The notes beneath the pieces were generated by a model. That model worked only from the letters and a program-made list of their open reading frames with translations, had not been told where the DNA came from and did not search any database. Positions 1 to 8,813 of a stretch of 32,000 bases of DNA are shown one piece after another. Position numbers and translations under genes: made by a program. Origin of the DNA: Bacteriophage Eos. The stretch lies in the sequence record MN478377.1. One strand, 5' to 3'. Position 1 is the stretch's first letter. Every line of letters begins with the position of its first letter.

Positions 1-29
1 AATTCCCTAATATAGCCCGAGAGAAGAGT

Positions 30-461
30 ATGATACTATTCTCACAAACTAGAGCCGACGCAGTATATGTTGTTAAGTACAAACCTGAAGCTATAAACGA
101 TTATCAGACCATCATTGCGTGGGAAGGCAATGCTCAGTTGGATCGCTCCGATACTACTGACAAGGCTGTAAATAAGACGTCTGAGCTGTACAGAAACCAT
201 CTTGAAGGGTTTACGTACGCTGTCAAGAACGAGGTCAAAGTCAGCCGATATTCAACAACTATGTCTTTGCCAGAGTTGAAGAATATACACTTTGATTACG
301 TTTACACGTGTCCTTACTTCAACCTTAATAATATTTACTCCGGTTATATTGCAATTGCGTGGGAAACTCCACCAGTTGGTGTTGAAGATATGGATGCATA
401 TACAAACTATCTCGCAAAGCTCTGTAGTCCACAGCAGAGAGCCTTAGGGAGAGCACAATGA
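30..461 (+). CDS. conserved hypothetical phage protein
   Basis: 143-aa ORF, stop overlaps start of endolysin gene; tight packing. Confidence 0.7.
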   Translation: MILFSQTRADAVYVVKYKPEAINDYQTIIAWEGNAQLDRSDTTDKAVNKTSELYRNHLEGFTYAVKNEVKVSRYSTTMSLPELKNIHFDYVYTCPYFNLNNIYSGYIAIAWETPPVGVEDMDAYTNYLAKLCSPQQRALGRAQ

Positions 462-871
462 GTTTTAAATTTGGTAAGAATAGCGAGAAACAGCTGGCAA
501 CGGTTGATCCTCGTCTACAGCGAGTAGCACGACGTGCGCTAGAGTTGTCTCCGTATGACTTTACAATTGTTCAAGGTATCCGTACTGTTGAACAAAGCGC
601 ACAGAATATCAAGAATGGTACATCCTTCTTGAAAAATCCAGAAAGTTCTAAGCATGTACGAGGTCTAGCCCTTGACTTTGCACCTTACATTAATGGTAAG
701 ATTGACTGGAACGATTTGGATGCATTCTGGAAAATCGTAGCTGCATTCAAGCAGGCAGGTAATGAACTGGGTATTCCACTCAGATTCGGAGCTGACTGGA
801 ACGGAAACGGCGACTATCGTGATGAAATCCAACGCGGAGTTTATGACGGTGGGCACGTTGAATTAGTCTGA
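458..871 (+). CDS. lys: endolysin, L-alanyl-D-glutamate peptidase (T5 Lys-like, peptidase M15 family)
   Basis: MSFKFGKNSEKQLATVDPRLQRVARRALELSPYDFTIVQGIRT...SKHVRGLALDFAPY...YDGGHVELV: near-identical in recall to phage T5 endolysin, with M15 SxHxxGxAxD and GGHxE metal-site motifs. Confidence 0.96.
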   Translation: MSFKFGKNSEKQLATVDPRLQRVARRALELSPYDFTIVQGIRTVEQSAQNIKNGTSFLKNPESSKHVRGLALDFAPYINGKIDWNDLDAFWKIVAAFKQAGNELGIPLRFGADWNGNGDYRDEIQRGVYDGGHVELV

Positions 872-887
872 TATGACATCGATGGAT

Positions 888-915
888 AAGGGAGACATTT
901 TTGTACTCCCTTTTT
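888..915 (+). terminator. intrinsic terminator downstream of endolysin
   Basis: AAGGGAG-acatttttgta-CTCCCTTTTT. Confidence 0.7.
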
Positions 916-935
916 CTGTCTCTGGAGGTTGCTAA

Positions 936-1382
936 ATGTTTGCTTCAATTGTATCAGCCATGTTTGGTTCGATACTGCTATATAGCACGATTATGTATAT
1001 TTTCGTCGCGTTAGTGGTATTTATAGCCCTCAAGACTAGAAGACGTAGCGTGGCTAGAGTCGCAAGAGTATTAATAAACATTAGCCTAGGAATCTTCGGC
1101 GTATTCCAATGTGACTGTAAGTGTAGGAAACGTCCCGGCTATTGCTGGATGTGGATGGAATTAGAACACTGTATTTCGATTCTATTTGCCATTCTAACTG
1201 GAGTGGTAATAATGGGATTTACTTTATCGCTTATCCCATTAATGACCCTAGGAGGAGTTACTTCTGTAGTGACGTTGTATACTCCAGTTTTAATGTACAT
1301 CATGTATCCCTTGATATTATTTCTAGTGAGACGTAAGTGTACTAACAAAACAGATATAAAATCACTTGCTAAAGACCCTTAA
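936..1382 (+). CDS. multi-spanning membrane protein; possible holin/lysis-associated protein
   Basis: several hydrophobic segments, directly downstream of endolysin; holin role inferred from position only. Confidence 0.6.
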   Translation: MFASIVSAMFGSILLYSTIMYIFVALVVFIALKTRRRSVARVARVLINISLGIFGVFQCDCKCRKRPGYCWMWMELEHCISILFAILTGVVIMGFTLSLIPLMTLGGVTSVVTLYTPVLMYIMYPLILFLVRRKCTNKTDIKSLAKDP

Positions 1383-1426
1383 TTTTGCTATAATATTTAT
1401 ATTAATTCATCAGAGGGCTTCGAAAA

Positions 1427-1849
1427 ATGTCAGATCGCTTCTATTCACAAATGTCTGAGCACTATAAAATGCCGACCTGGGAACTTCAGCGAGCTTTCTG
1501 GTACGAAGATTCCCCTGAACGAATTAAACTTGAATATAAAGCGGAGGGTAAAAAAGTGTCTACTACCACTAAAAAGAAGAAAGTAACCCGTATCGATCTG
1601 AATAATCAGTTGACCGAAATGCTGGGCGTAGATATTCAAGGAGCGAAGCTGCCAATGCCCACACTGGAAGCATTCGTGAACGCCGTTACTAAAGGCACCT
1701 TTATTAAGGGTGTTCCAGTGCCCGAAGGTCGCCTGAAAGCACCATACCAAGAGGCTGTACTTCGTGCAATTGGTACGAAGGTAGATCTCGATAATGCAAC
1801 TGTCAAAACCATGACACTATTCTTAGGAGCACTAAATAAACATGAATAA
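1427..1849 (+). CDS. conserved hypothetical phage protein
   Basis: 140-aa ORF overlapping next start codon. Confidence 0.75.
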   Translation: MSDRFYSQMSEHYKMPTWELQRAFWYEDSPERIKLEYKAEGKKVSTTTKKKKVTRIDLNNQLTEMLGVDIQGAKLPMPTLEAFVNAVTKGTFIKGVPVPEGRLKAPYQEAVLRAIGTKVDLDNATVKTMTLFLGALNKHE

Positions 1850-2126
1850 GGTAATCATTTTACTAAAAGGATCCGACTGCGCACCCTGCGCTCAATTTGA
1901 GCCAGTCTTTGACGAGGTGGCACAAGCTACTGGACTTCCAGTGGTTAAATACGTCGATGATATCGAAATGATGCAACGTTTTGGCGTACGCCAAGTTCCC
2001 GTTGTTGTCCTTGCCGACGAAGTAGGTGGCCGTACACAAGCCAACCATATCCTAGCAGGTACTAATCTGCGTAGAGCAGTTCTGGTACAAGCTATCGAGA
2101 ACTTCAAATCGGATGTTGAAGAATAA
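1842..2126 (+). CDS. thioredoxin/glutaredoxin-like protein
   Basis: MNKVIILLKGSDCAPCAQFEPVFDEVA...RQVPVVVLAD: CxxC active site (CAPC) and cis-Pro QVPV motif. Confidence 0.88.
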   Translation: MNKVIILLKGSDCAPCAQFEPVFDEVAQATGLPVVKYVDDIEMMQRFGVRQVPVVVLADEVGGRTQANHILAGTNLRRAVLVQAIENFKSDVEE

Positions 2127-2130
2127 TATG

Positions 2131-2166
2131 AAAACCCAGGTCTCTTTGTAGATCTGGGTTTTTTAT
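2131..2166 (+). terminator. intrinsic terminator
   Basis: AAAACCCAG..gtctctttgtagat..CTGGGTTTTTTTATT. Confidence 0.85.
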
Positions 2167-2178
2167 TACGGAGGTATA

Positions 2179-2859
2179 ATGGGAAGAAGAAAATTAACGC
2201 AGCAGGAGGTAGATAATTATCTATTTTCCAGGGGCTTTAAAATGGTGGGTACGTATACCAAAGGAAGAGATAAACATACGTTCGAATGTATCAATGGACA
2301 TCAATGGAGTAGCAGATTCGACCACGTAAAGGGAGGTAGTGGGTGCCCCCATTGCTACGGTAATGCTAAGATAAGTCAGAAATCCGTAAATGAATATCTA
2401 GCAAAACGCAGGTTTAGAATACTAGAAGAATACAAGGGTATGGATTATAAACATATTTTTGAATGTGAAAATAAACATACTTGGAGCACTACGTACCATA
2501 ATATAAAAAATGGGGGTAGTGGGTGTCCTCACTGCCATAACCTGGGGTTAACCGAGACCAATCTTTATGTTATGTTTGCCCCTTCCATAGGTACTAAAAT
2601 AGGGGTGTCTCACCAACCTGAGCGTAGGATGAGGGAGATCATGCGAAGCGGTAATATTACCTCTATGGAAGTACTCCGAGTATTTGAAATAAAAGACTAC
2701 AATAAAAGTAGAGAGATAGAATCTTTGTGCCACAAACATTTTTCTAAGTATAATTGTGGGTATAAAGATTTTGATGGATGTACTGAGTTCTTTAATATTG
2801 AACCCGAACTAGCTGTTGAATTTATTGAAAATGCACTTGCTTTTTACCTAAAATTTTGA
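2179..2859 (+). CDS. putative homing endonuclease: tandem zinc-ribbon repeats plus C-terminal GIY-YIG/T5orf172-like domain
   Basis: two repeats of (K)HxFEC..xHxWS...H.(K)xGGSGCPHC, then LYVMFAPSIGTKIGVSHQPERRMREI...SREIESLCHKHF resembling GIY-YIG-type core. Confidence 0.7.
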   Translation: MGRRKLTQQEVDNYLFSRGFKMVGTYTKGRDKHTFECINGHQWSSRFDHVKGGSGCPHCYGNAKISQKSVNEYLAKRRFRILEEYKGMDYKHIFECENKHTWSTTYHNIKNGGSGCPHCHNLGLTETNLYVMFAPSIGTKIGVSHQPERRMREIMRSGNITSMEVLRVFEIKDYNKSREIESLCHKHFSKYNCGYKDFDGCTEFFNIEPELAVEFIENALAFYLKF

Positions 2860-2865
2860 TATAAT
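2838..2865 (+). promoter_or_regulatory. sigma70-like promoter
   Basis: TTGCTT (2838-2843), 16 bp, TATAAT (2860-2865). Confidence 0.6.
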
Positions 2866-2896
2866 ATATGTATTGAATTGATAGAGGAATATCAAA

Positions 2897-3289
2897 ATGA
2901 AAATGGCTTATCTGATTACATCTAACAACACTGTTGGTTCTGCTCGCTGCTCTGAACTTCATTTCACCGAAGAAGAGTGGAACGCATTTACTCAAGAAGA
3001 ACGTGAGCAGTATATTCTTGAAACTGCCTGGGAATGCTGTGAAGTTTATCCTGACGACGAGATTGAAAAAGATCGCATCATTATGGTTGTCTCTGTTGGC
3101 CTAGTAGGTTGCGACGATCACGTTGAAACGGATATTGCAGACATGGCGGAGTGGGATGCTCTAGATGTACAAGAACAGAACCGCATCGTCCGTGAATCTT
3201 TCTGGCAGTCTGTCGAAGCTAATGTTGTCTTTGCTGATTCTTATGACGAAGCTGACAAGCATACTCGTTGGGGGTACTGTGGAGATTAA
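2897..3289 (+). CDS. hypothetical protein, acidic
   Basis: 130-aa ORF downstream of promoter. Confidence 0.75.
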   Translation: MKMAYLITSNNTVGSARCSELHFTEEEWNAFTQEEREQYILETAWECCEVYPDDEIEKDRIIMVVSVGLVGCDDHVETDIADMAEWDALDVQEQNRIVRESFWQSVEANVVFADSYDEADKHTRWGYCGD

Positions 3290-3572
3290 GAAAAATCAAT
3301 TGCTAGGTGAACGTATACGTTTATCTCGTAAGAATAGGGCAGCTGCTCTTCGTAGCAATAAGGTGAAGTATACCTGGAATAGGCTACAGGAAGAAATCGG
3401 CTCATACGTTATGTGTGGTGCTGCCTTCATGGCTATTGAACGCCGTAAAATTCGCTATACTCACCTTCGCCCCCTAATTGAGTTGGGCTATCGTGTTTAT
3501 CCGCACCCTAGCAAATATCGCAAGGGCTATATTGTTATTCAATGGGATGATCTAAGAAATGAAGCTACATGA
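3279..3572 (+). CDS. hypothetical basic protein, probable GTG start
   Basis: in-frame GTG at 3279 (VEIKKNQLLGERIRL...) overlaps upstream stop; the longer ORF from 3165 would overlap the previous gene heavily. Confidence 0.65.
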   Translation: MEIKKNQLLGERIRLSRKNRAAALRSNKVKYTWNRLQEEIGSYVMCGAAFMAIERRKIRYTHLRPLIELGYRVYPHPSKYRKGYIVIQWDDLRNEAT

Positions 3573-4392
3573 AACTTTAGTAGTACCAGACGATGTTAAT
3601 CTGTTCTTCGTTGGAGATATTCACGGAGAGCATGATATGCTAGAAGATGCATTGAAGTTGGCGGGACACAAAGAAAAAGACTACGTTGTCTGTGTAGGCG
3701 ATCTAATCGATCGTGGGCCAAAAAACCTACAGGTTCTTGCTAAATTCCTGTTTAACCCTCGTTTCCGTAGCGTTATCGGAAACCACGACGCATTTATGAT
3801 GTTTGGTGATTATGCCAACTGGATGTACAATGGTGGCATGTGGGCTATGAATGATATGGATCACGACACCATCAAAGGCTTAGCCAGGGATATGTTAGAT
3901 AAAATGCCTTTCATGATGACTGTTGAGCATCGTGGTAAGCGTTACGGTGTAGTGCATGCTGCTGTACCATTTGTATACAAAGAAACAGGTATGGATGTAG
4001 TTACGCCTGAATGGGATAAAATCGTCAATGGTCTGTCCGAGAAATTCAAATACGGCGAACAAGAACCATATATTTGGGATCGTGATGTGATTCGGGAAGT
4101 AGCGTTTAATATGGCTCTAGAAGGCAAGACTGAGGGAGATCCTTACTTTGACAAATATACAGCGGGATTCAAAGAGTTCACTAGAGTGACCGTTCCTCCT
4201 GTATTAGGTGTCGATCTTGTTTTCCATGGCCATACAGGTGTTCCATTCCCATTCAAGTATGAGAATCGTGTGTACCTGGACACTGGTGGTACTTTTAACG
4301 GTGCTATGACAGTTGCCAGTCCAGTTAATGATCAGTTGTATTGTTTTACAACTGATAAGAATGACCCTTGTGGTAAAGTAAGGATTATTTAA
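3559..4392 (+). CDS. calcineurin-like serine/threonine phosphatase (metallophosphoesterase)
   Basis: DLFFVGDIHGEHDMLEDAL / VCVGDLIDRGPKN / VIGNHDAFM metallophosphatase signatures. Confidence 0.93.
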   Translation: MKLHETLVVPDDVNLFFVGDIHGEHDMLEDALKLAGHKEKDYVVCVGDLIDRGPKNLQVLAKFLFNPRFRSVIGNHDAFMMFGDYANWMYNGGMWAMNDMDHDTIKGLARDMLDKMPFMMTVEHRGKRYGVVHAAVPFVYKETGMDVVTPEWDKIVNGLSEKFKYGEQEPYIWDRDVIREVAFNMALEGKTEGDPYFDKYTAGFKEFTRVTVPPVLGVDLVFHGHTGVPFPFKYENRVYLDTGGTFNGAMTVASPVNDQLYCFTTDKNDPCGKVRII

Positions 4393-4709
4393 TGAGCGAA
4401 GTTACTAATGTTGCAGTATCAAATTCAGAAGCCAGTACAGCTATCGCTACCAATGAGCGAGACGCCAAACGTTGGCGTGCCTTTCAGGCCGCTGGCCGTA
4501 TTCGTCGCCTCGGCTTTTCTGGGCTTCGTGAATATCGCATTGAAGAACGACCAAATTATGCCCACATAGGGATGGAAATCTGGTCTGAATATGGAACTAA
4601 CATGGATCAGGAACAATTTGCAGAAGGCAATGAGGACATGAAAAGTCTTCTGAATGAGTTTGCTGATCGTATGATTGCATTAATTGAATCTCGAGGAGAA
4701 ACCGTATAA
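4392..4709 (+). CDS. hypothetical protein
   Basis: start overlaps upstream stop. Confidence 0.65.
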   Translation: MSEVTNVAVSNSEASTAIATNERDAKRWRAFQAAGRIRRLGFSGLREYRIEERPNYAHIGMEIWSEYGTNMDQEQFAEGNEDMKSLLNEFADRMIALIESRGETV

Positions 4710-4814
4710 TGGATCATTTACCGGATACGTCAACAAGAGAAGCCATACAGATGGTGGCTATATCTGTATTTCTAGGCTTGGTAATGGCTTTGCCCTTCAT
4801 TCTTGGAGCATAAA

Positions 4815-5198
4815 ATGGAACTAGAAGATCGTTATATTGTTATTAAGAGAAAAGACTTTGAGAATTATCTTACTCAGGACGAACGGGATGAGGTTATACA
4901 CGCCATTACACAGATTGATAAGGCTAGACGTACTGTTGGGAAGCGCCTTATCAGTGCTGTAGTGGTTGAAGATGATTGGCCAGAGTATGAACCAACAGTT
5001 AAGCTCTTAGAGGAGCGTTTAACTCTAGAGAACTGGCATGAGCGTAACCGTGTAACCGAACATCTTCGTGAGTATTCCCGTGGTGCTGCAGAAGCCATGG
5101 CAGAATACTATAAGACCGGCAAACTATCTATGATTAAAGGTATTTCATCTTACGCTCAGGGTTGGAATAACACCGCGAAAATGTCAGTTGCTTGTTAA
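4815..5198 (+). CDS. hypothetical protein
   Basis: ATG at 4815 preceded by GGAG; track start 4803 is an upstream TTG. Confidence 0.65.
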   Translation: MELEDRYIVIKRKDFENYLTQDERDEVIHAITQIDKARRTVGKRLISAVVVEDDWPEYEPTVKLLEERLTLENWHERNRVTEHLREYSRGAAEAMAEYYKTGKLSMIKGISSYAQGWNNTAKMSVAC

Positions 5199-5216
5199 TC
5201 AATTTTCGCGTATAAT
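5188..5216 (+). promoter_or_regulatory. sigma70-like promoter
   Basis: TTGCTT, 17 bp, TATAAT; drives ORF at 5248. Confidence 0.65.
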
Positions 5217-5247
5217 TACTTTATAAATTTGAGAACGGAGAGAAACA

Positions 5248-5658
5248 ATGTCACATATCTTTGAAGATCTTGATATTCGTATTAATATGTTGTGCAACGA
5301 CCGGGATTCAGTAGCAGATAGTTTTAAAGCTATCGTTCGCGACCAGAGTCTGCCCTTGGCAGAGCGTGTCGCCTGTTGGGAGGACAATGCTAAGCTCTTG
5401 CTAGGCTTTGGTCAGTGGTATAGCTCTTGCCCTCAAGCTCTGCGACCGTTCTATGGTGATTCAGTGCAACGCGGTGAGACCATCTACTTTGAAGATTTGG
5501 TAGAATCTCTCATCCTAGTAGATGATTGGTCTGATCTATATCAGATTACCGATGAAGAGCTATGGTCACGTCTAGACCATGTAGATAATCTGCATATTCG
5601 CCAGCGTTTTGAGCAGGTGTTTAATCTGGAAGTTTACGGCTATAAGGTGGATTGGTAA
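5248..5658 (+). CDS. hypothetical protein
   Basis: 136-aa ORF with GGAGAG upstream. Confidence 0.7.
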   Translation: MSHIFEDLDIRINMLCNDRDSVADSFKAIVRDQSLPLAERVACWEDNAKLLLGFGQWYSSCPQALRPFYGDSVQRGETIYFEDLVESLILVDDWSDLYQITDEELWSRLDHVDNLHIRQRFEQVFNLEVYGYKVDW

Positions 5659-5783
5659 TGGGATATATGAACGGTGGCTTCTTTTTAATCTGCGCCATTA
5701 TATGTGGGGTGTTAGGTTGGGGTATTATCGAAGGATTGATTTGGTTAGTTAAATTACTACCCTTTACAATCATCTGGGGGTAA
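5658..5783 (+). CDS. small single-TM membrane protein (41 aa), absent from ORF track
   Basis: MGYMNGGFFLICAIICGVLGWGIIEGLIWLVKLLPFTIIWG; start overlaps upstream stop. Confidence 0.5.
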   Translation: MGYMNGGFFLICAIICGVLGWGIIEGLIWLVKLLPFTIIWG

Positions 5784-5784
5784 T

Positions 5785-5874
5785 ATGGACGATATTGATA
5801 AAGAATTAGTTTGGAGAATTATTAGGCTGGCACTATTAATTACCTGTATTACTTTGATCGGCGTAGTATTTGAT
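5785..5874 (+). CDS. small membrane peptide (29 aa), absent from ORF track
   Basis: MDDIDKELVWRIIRLALLITCITLIGVVFD; preceded by TGGGGG. Confidence 0.45.
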
Positions 5875-5893
5875 TAAAAAATTAAAAACTTGA

Positions 5894-5922
5894 TTGTCAA
5901 ATGCTTCAAAGTTCTGTATAAT
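5894..5922 (+). promoter_or_regulatory. strong sigma70-like promoter
   Basis: TTGTCA (5894-5899), 17 bp, TATAAT (5917-5922). Confidence 0.8.
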
Positions 5923-5956
5923 ATACACATAAATTAATGAAACGGACGGAAAAATC

Positions 5957-6262
5957 ATGACTAAGAACACTATCTCTTACACCACTGGTAAAACTGACGA
6001 TGAAAAAGCAAACACCCTGACCAAAGACGAAATGGTAGCGGTACTTGCAATCCTGCTGGATATGGATGGTTTTGAAGGTCAGCTGAAGAAACTGTCCCTG
6101 CCAGCCCTTCGTGCCTTGTTTGAAGGCACTAACAAAAATGCTGCGGCCTACAACCTGGCCAAGAACGAAGCTCGTTGGGCACGTGAACACCAGCAGGTTG
6201 CTGAACGTCGCGCTGCTTCCTTCGAACGTGATCTGAAACGTGAAAAGGCGAAAAAGAAATAA
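5957..6262 (+). CDS. hypothetical protein
   Basis: 101-aa ORF downstream of promoter; lysine-rich tail. Confidence 0.75.
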   Translation: MTKNTISYTTGKTDDEKANTLTKDEMVAVLAILLDMDGFEGQLKKLSLPALRALFEGTNKNAAAYNLAKNEARWAREHQQVAERRAASFERDLKREKAKKK

Positions 6263-6543
6263 TGATCCTAGAAATCGTTTATGGGCTGTTAGCAGTTGCA
6301 GCCCTTCTTCTGGGGGTTGGAACGATTTGGATGATCCACTATCGTTCCGAATTTCAGAAACTCACTCAATATGTATTGAAGGTCGAAGCAGATCGTATCA
6401 AACTTACGGAGTTGTTAGAAGCAGCCGAAGAGCTTGCACAGCACCGTAAAAAGACTATCGATTTGCAACTAGACCTTATTATGTCCAACGAAGCGATCCC
6501 AAAGCCTGTCAAAGTGGCAGTTTCTATGGTGAAATACAGATGA
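6262..6543 (+). CDS. hypothetical membrane protein, N-terminal TM
   Basis: overlapping start/stop with both neighbours. Confidence 0.65.
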   Translation: MILEIVYGLLAVAALLLGVGTIWMIHYRSEFQKLTQYVLKVEADRIKLTELLEAAEELAQHRKKTIDLQLDLIMSNEAIPKPVKVAVSMVKYR

Positions 6544-6782
6544 TCTTTCTTACTGTAATTTATTTACTGTGCATCGTATTCATTATTAACAAGTATCACC
6601 ACAATAGCTTAAATCCAAAAACAATATTGCTAGTTGCTGTGAGACTTCCGATTGCCTTTGTGTTGTTGTGTATTTTCTTTATTCTGACTCTAGGCTCTAC
6701 TAAGTACACCTGGGCAGCGAAATATGCGGATAAGTTAGAAGGCTACCTCAACCAATTAGAGAAAAAGGTTAAAGGCGAATGA
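6540..6782 (+). CDS. hypothetical membrane protein
   Basis: ATGA overlap with neighbours, two hydrophobic segments. Confidence 0.65.
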   Translation: MIFLTVIYLLCIVFIINKYHHNSLNPKTILLVAVRLPIAFVLLCIFFILTLGSTKYTWAAKYADKLEGYLNQLEKKVKGE

Positions 6783-7126
6783 AAATCACTCTTAACGTAA
6801 AAGAAGTTAATATCCTAATGGAAGCGATTGATGGATGGTTAGACCATGGACCCCATACTTCGGATGATCCTGAATCAACTACTCTCAACCTGATCTGGAA
6901 AAAACTGAAAGAGGTTCGTGATTCCGATCGTTGGATGCCTTTGTCTCAACTCCCACCCTTGGGTATTAAGGTGATGGTTCGTGAAGTAGAGACAAATCGT
7001 CAGTTCTTAGCGATTCGTACTACATATGCGGATAGTTATGCCCCATCCGATATTGAAATGACAGTTGATGGAAAGAATTTATTCCTGAATACTAAACAGT
7101 ATCACTGGACTAACGACTATGCTTGA
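6779..7126 (+). CDS. hypothetical protein
   Basis: ATGA overlap; 115-aa ORF. Confidence 0.65.
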   Translation: MKITLNVKEVNILMEAIDGWLDHGPHTSDDPESTTLNLIWKKLKEVRDSDRWMPLSQLPPLGIKVMVREVETNRQFLAIRTTYADSYAPSDIEMTVDGKNLFLNTKQYHWTNDYA

Positions 7127-7316
7127 TCCAATCACGTTAACGATCACGCCTTTCGCAATTATGATAGCAGTATTTATGGTACTGCTAGTCACACTATTCT
7201 TCACCGTGGTCGTTCAACGCGGTATTATTAAGGAGCTAAAGAATGAAGTCAAATACATTCAAGCAAAGAATCAAAAACGTCCGAATCCACCTCCAGTACC
7301 GCCTGCTAAGCCCTGA
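7119..7316 (+). CDS. small one-TM membrane protein with proline-rich tail
   Basis: MLDPITLTITPFAIMIAVFMVLLVTLFFTVVV...RPNPPPVPPAKP. Confidence 0.6.
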   Translation: MLDPITLTITPFAIMIAVFMVLLVTLFFTVVVQRGIIKELKNEVKYIQAKNQKRPNPPPVPPAKP

Positions 7317-7527
7317 GTTTTACGCTAAGTGGTATATGAATATGCTAGATTACCCACGTTTTCTGGCATTCTTCACAATGATTATGTCTATGGTAGGCGT
7401 AGTTATTGCTGCAACCCAGTATGATAACTCCTACTTTAATTATCAAGGATATATCAATAGTATTACACAGGTTATTATGCCTTTTGCATACGAATGGTAT
7501 CTTACAGCTCTTCGAGGTAAATTTTAA
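7243..7527 (+). CDS. hypothetical membrane protein
   Basis: AAGGAG 7 nt upstream of ATG; two hydrophobic segments; overlaps previous gene by 74 nt. Confidence 0.6.
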   Translation: MKSNTFKQRIKNVRIHLQYRLLSPEFYAKWYMNMLDYPRFLAFFTMIMSMVGVVIAATQYDNSYFNYQGYINSITQVIMPFAYEWYLTALRGKF

Positions 7528-8030
7528 TGTCAGATAAAAAATACGAATTACAGAACCTGATCGCATCTTTCTGGGATGCGGATAAAGAAGAGTTTAGTGA
7601 TTATTTCATCCAGATGTTCGTGGACATTACTAATCGTTTCAACTTCTCATGGTTTAATGAATTTAACGAAACCAAATTCACCCATTCAGACATTAACAAT
7701 GCGATTGAGCACGTTTCGGGTAGTAAGCAAGTTCTTTATCGTGCTGCCGATCCCGATCTTTCTTTAGCAGCCCAAGCACTGGGGGCATTTAAGAAATCCT
7801 ACGTGTTTGGCCATTACTCCAATCAACGTTATTGGGTTGATGATATCTACCGCAGCACAGGTGTTGTTCTTGACAGACGCCTGATTCTAGGATGGATTGC
7901 CAAGCAACGTCCAGATCGTGCTGCTTCTTCTTTTGCTCCAATTAATGATGGGAACCTGTATCATGCAACCGAAAAAGAATCCTTTTCTAAATCAAATAAA
8001 CGAACTGAGTCTACGACTGCTGAACTGTGA
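7527..8030 (+). CDS. hypothetical protein
   Basis: 167-aa ORF, start overlaps previous stop. Confidence 0.7.
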   Translation: MSDKKYELQNLIASFWDADKEEFSDYFIQMFVDITNRFNFSWFNEFNETKFTHSDINNAIEHVSGSKQVLYRAADPDLSLAAQALGAFKKSYVFGHYSNQRYWVDDIYRSTGVVLDRRLILGWIAKQRPDRAASSFAPINDGNLYHATEKESFSKSNKRTESTTAEL

Positions 8031-8343
8031 TCTAGACGCTGTAGAGATCGTAGGTCAAAACCTGAAAATCTCCAAACGTGATAGCATGTCATTCGCTATT
8101 AAAGAAAACGAAGATCTTCAGGAACTGATCAACCTTAACCATCTGATGCTCATGGCTAGTCCTAGCGATGAAGAAGGACGACTGATGCAGCCACAAGCTG
8201 CTCTGGAAAATATGGTTATACATTTCAGTAATTACGTTGAAAAACGTGCCATTGCGATGGAAAAGCTGAGAGCTGATTATAACTACGCAGAGGCTATTCA
8301 GGAATCTGCAATCAAATTCCATAACGGGGAGAAATTTCACTAA
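7960..8343 (+). CDS. hypothetical protein, start uncertain
   Basis: frame open from 7897; no clearly placed start/SD (see findings). Confidence 0.5.
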   Translation: MMQPKKNPFLNQINELSLRLLNCDLDAVEIVGQNLKISKRDSMSFAIKENEDLQELINLNHLMLMASPSDEEGRLMQPQAALENMVIHFSNYVEKRAIAMEKLRADYNYAEAIQESAIKFHNGEKFH

Positions 8344-8765
8344 TGGAACAACGTAATAACTTTAATATTATCTGCGCATCAACTGGTGTAGGTAAACGAG
8401 CCTTTGTGGCAGCACATCCAGAAGATGTAATTTACATCGATGCTAAACATACCCATAACTGGATTCCGCTCGTCATTAGCGAGATTGATAAGGGTAAGCT
8501 GGTACTCCTAGATTCCGATATGGAAGTACGAATTGCTCTGCAACACTCTAAGCTAGAATATATTCTGATGTATCCTAGAGGCGAAGATCTCAATGAGTAT
8601 ATCCAGCGATGGAAAGCAGATGGACTGTCAGAAGAACGTATTCAGTACCTGATTGATAACTGGGACCGTGAAGTTCGAGACTGTTATGAAGACGAGTACT
8701 GTCAGTGGGGTATTGCAATGCCAACTGGTTGGCGAATGTCAGATGTGATCTCTCAAGCCGATTAA
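8343..8765 (+). CDS. small P-loop-like protein
   Basis: NFNIICASTGVGKR resembles Walker A; IDKGKLVLLDSD possible Walker B. Confidence 0.6.
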   Translation: MEQRNNFNIICASTGVGKRAFVAAHPEDVIYIDAKHTHNWIPLVISEIDKGKLVLLDSDMEVRIALQHSKLEYILMYPRGEDLNEYIQRWKADGLSEERIQYLIDNWDREVRDCYEDEYCQWGIAMPTGWRMSDVISQAD

Positions 8766-8772
8766 TTTAAAG

Positions 8773-8800
8773 AGGCCAGGGCTATTTGCTCTGGCCTTTC
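8773..8800 (+). terminator. intrinsic terminator
   Basis: GGCCAG-ggctatttgct-CTGGCCTTTC. Confidence 0.75.
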
Positions 8801-8813
8801 GTGGTTTAAACAT

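Noticed and set aside
1139-2107. Short alternative-frame ORFs (1139, 1142, 1445, 1863, 1892)
   Set aside because: Each is fully contained in a better-supported gene.
4710-4813. Possible tiny membrane peptide in the gap between 4709 and 4815
   Set aside because: The ATG at 4710 reaches a stop after 21 aa; the alternative ATG at 4751 gives 20 aa (MVAISVFLGLVMALPFILGA) with no SD. Too weak to call.
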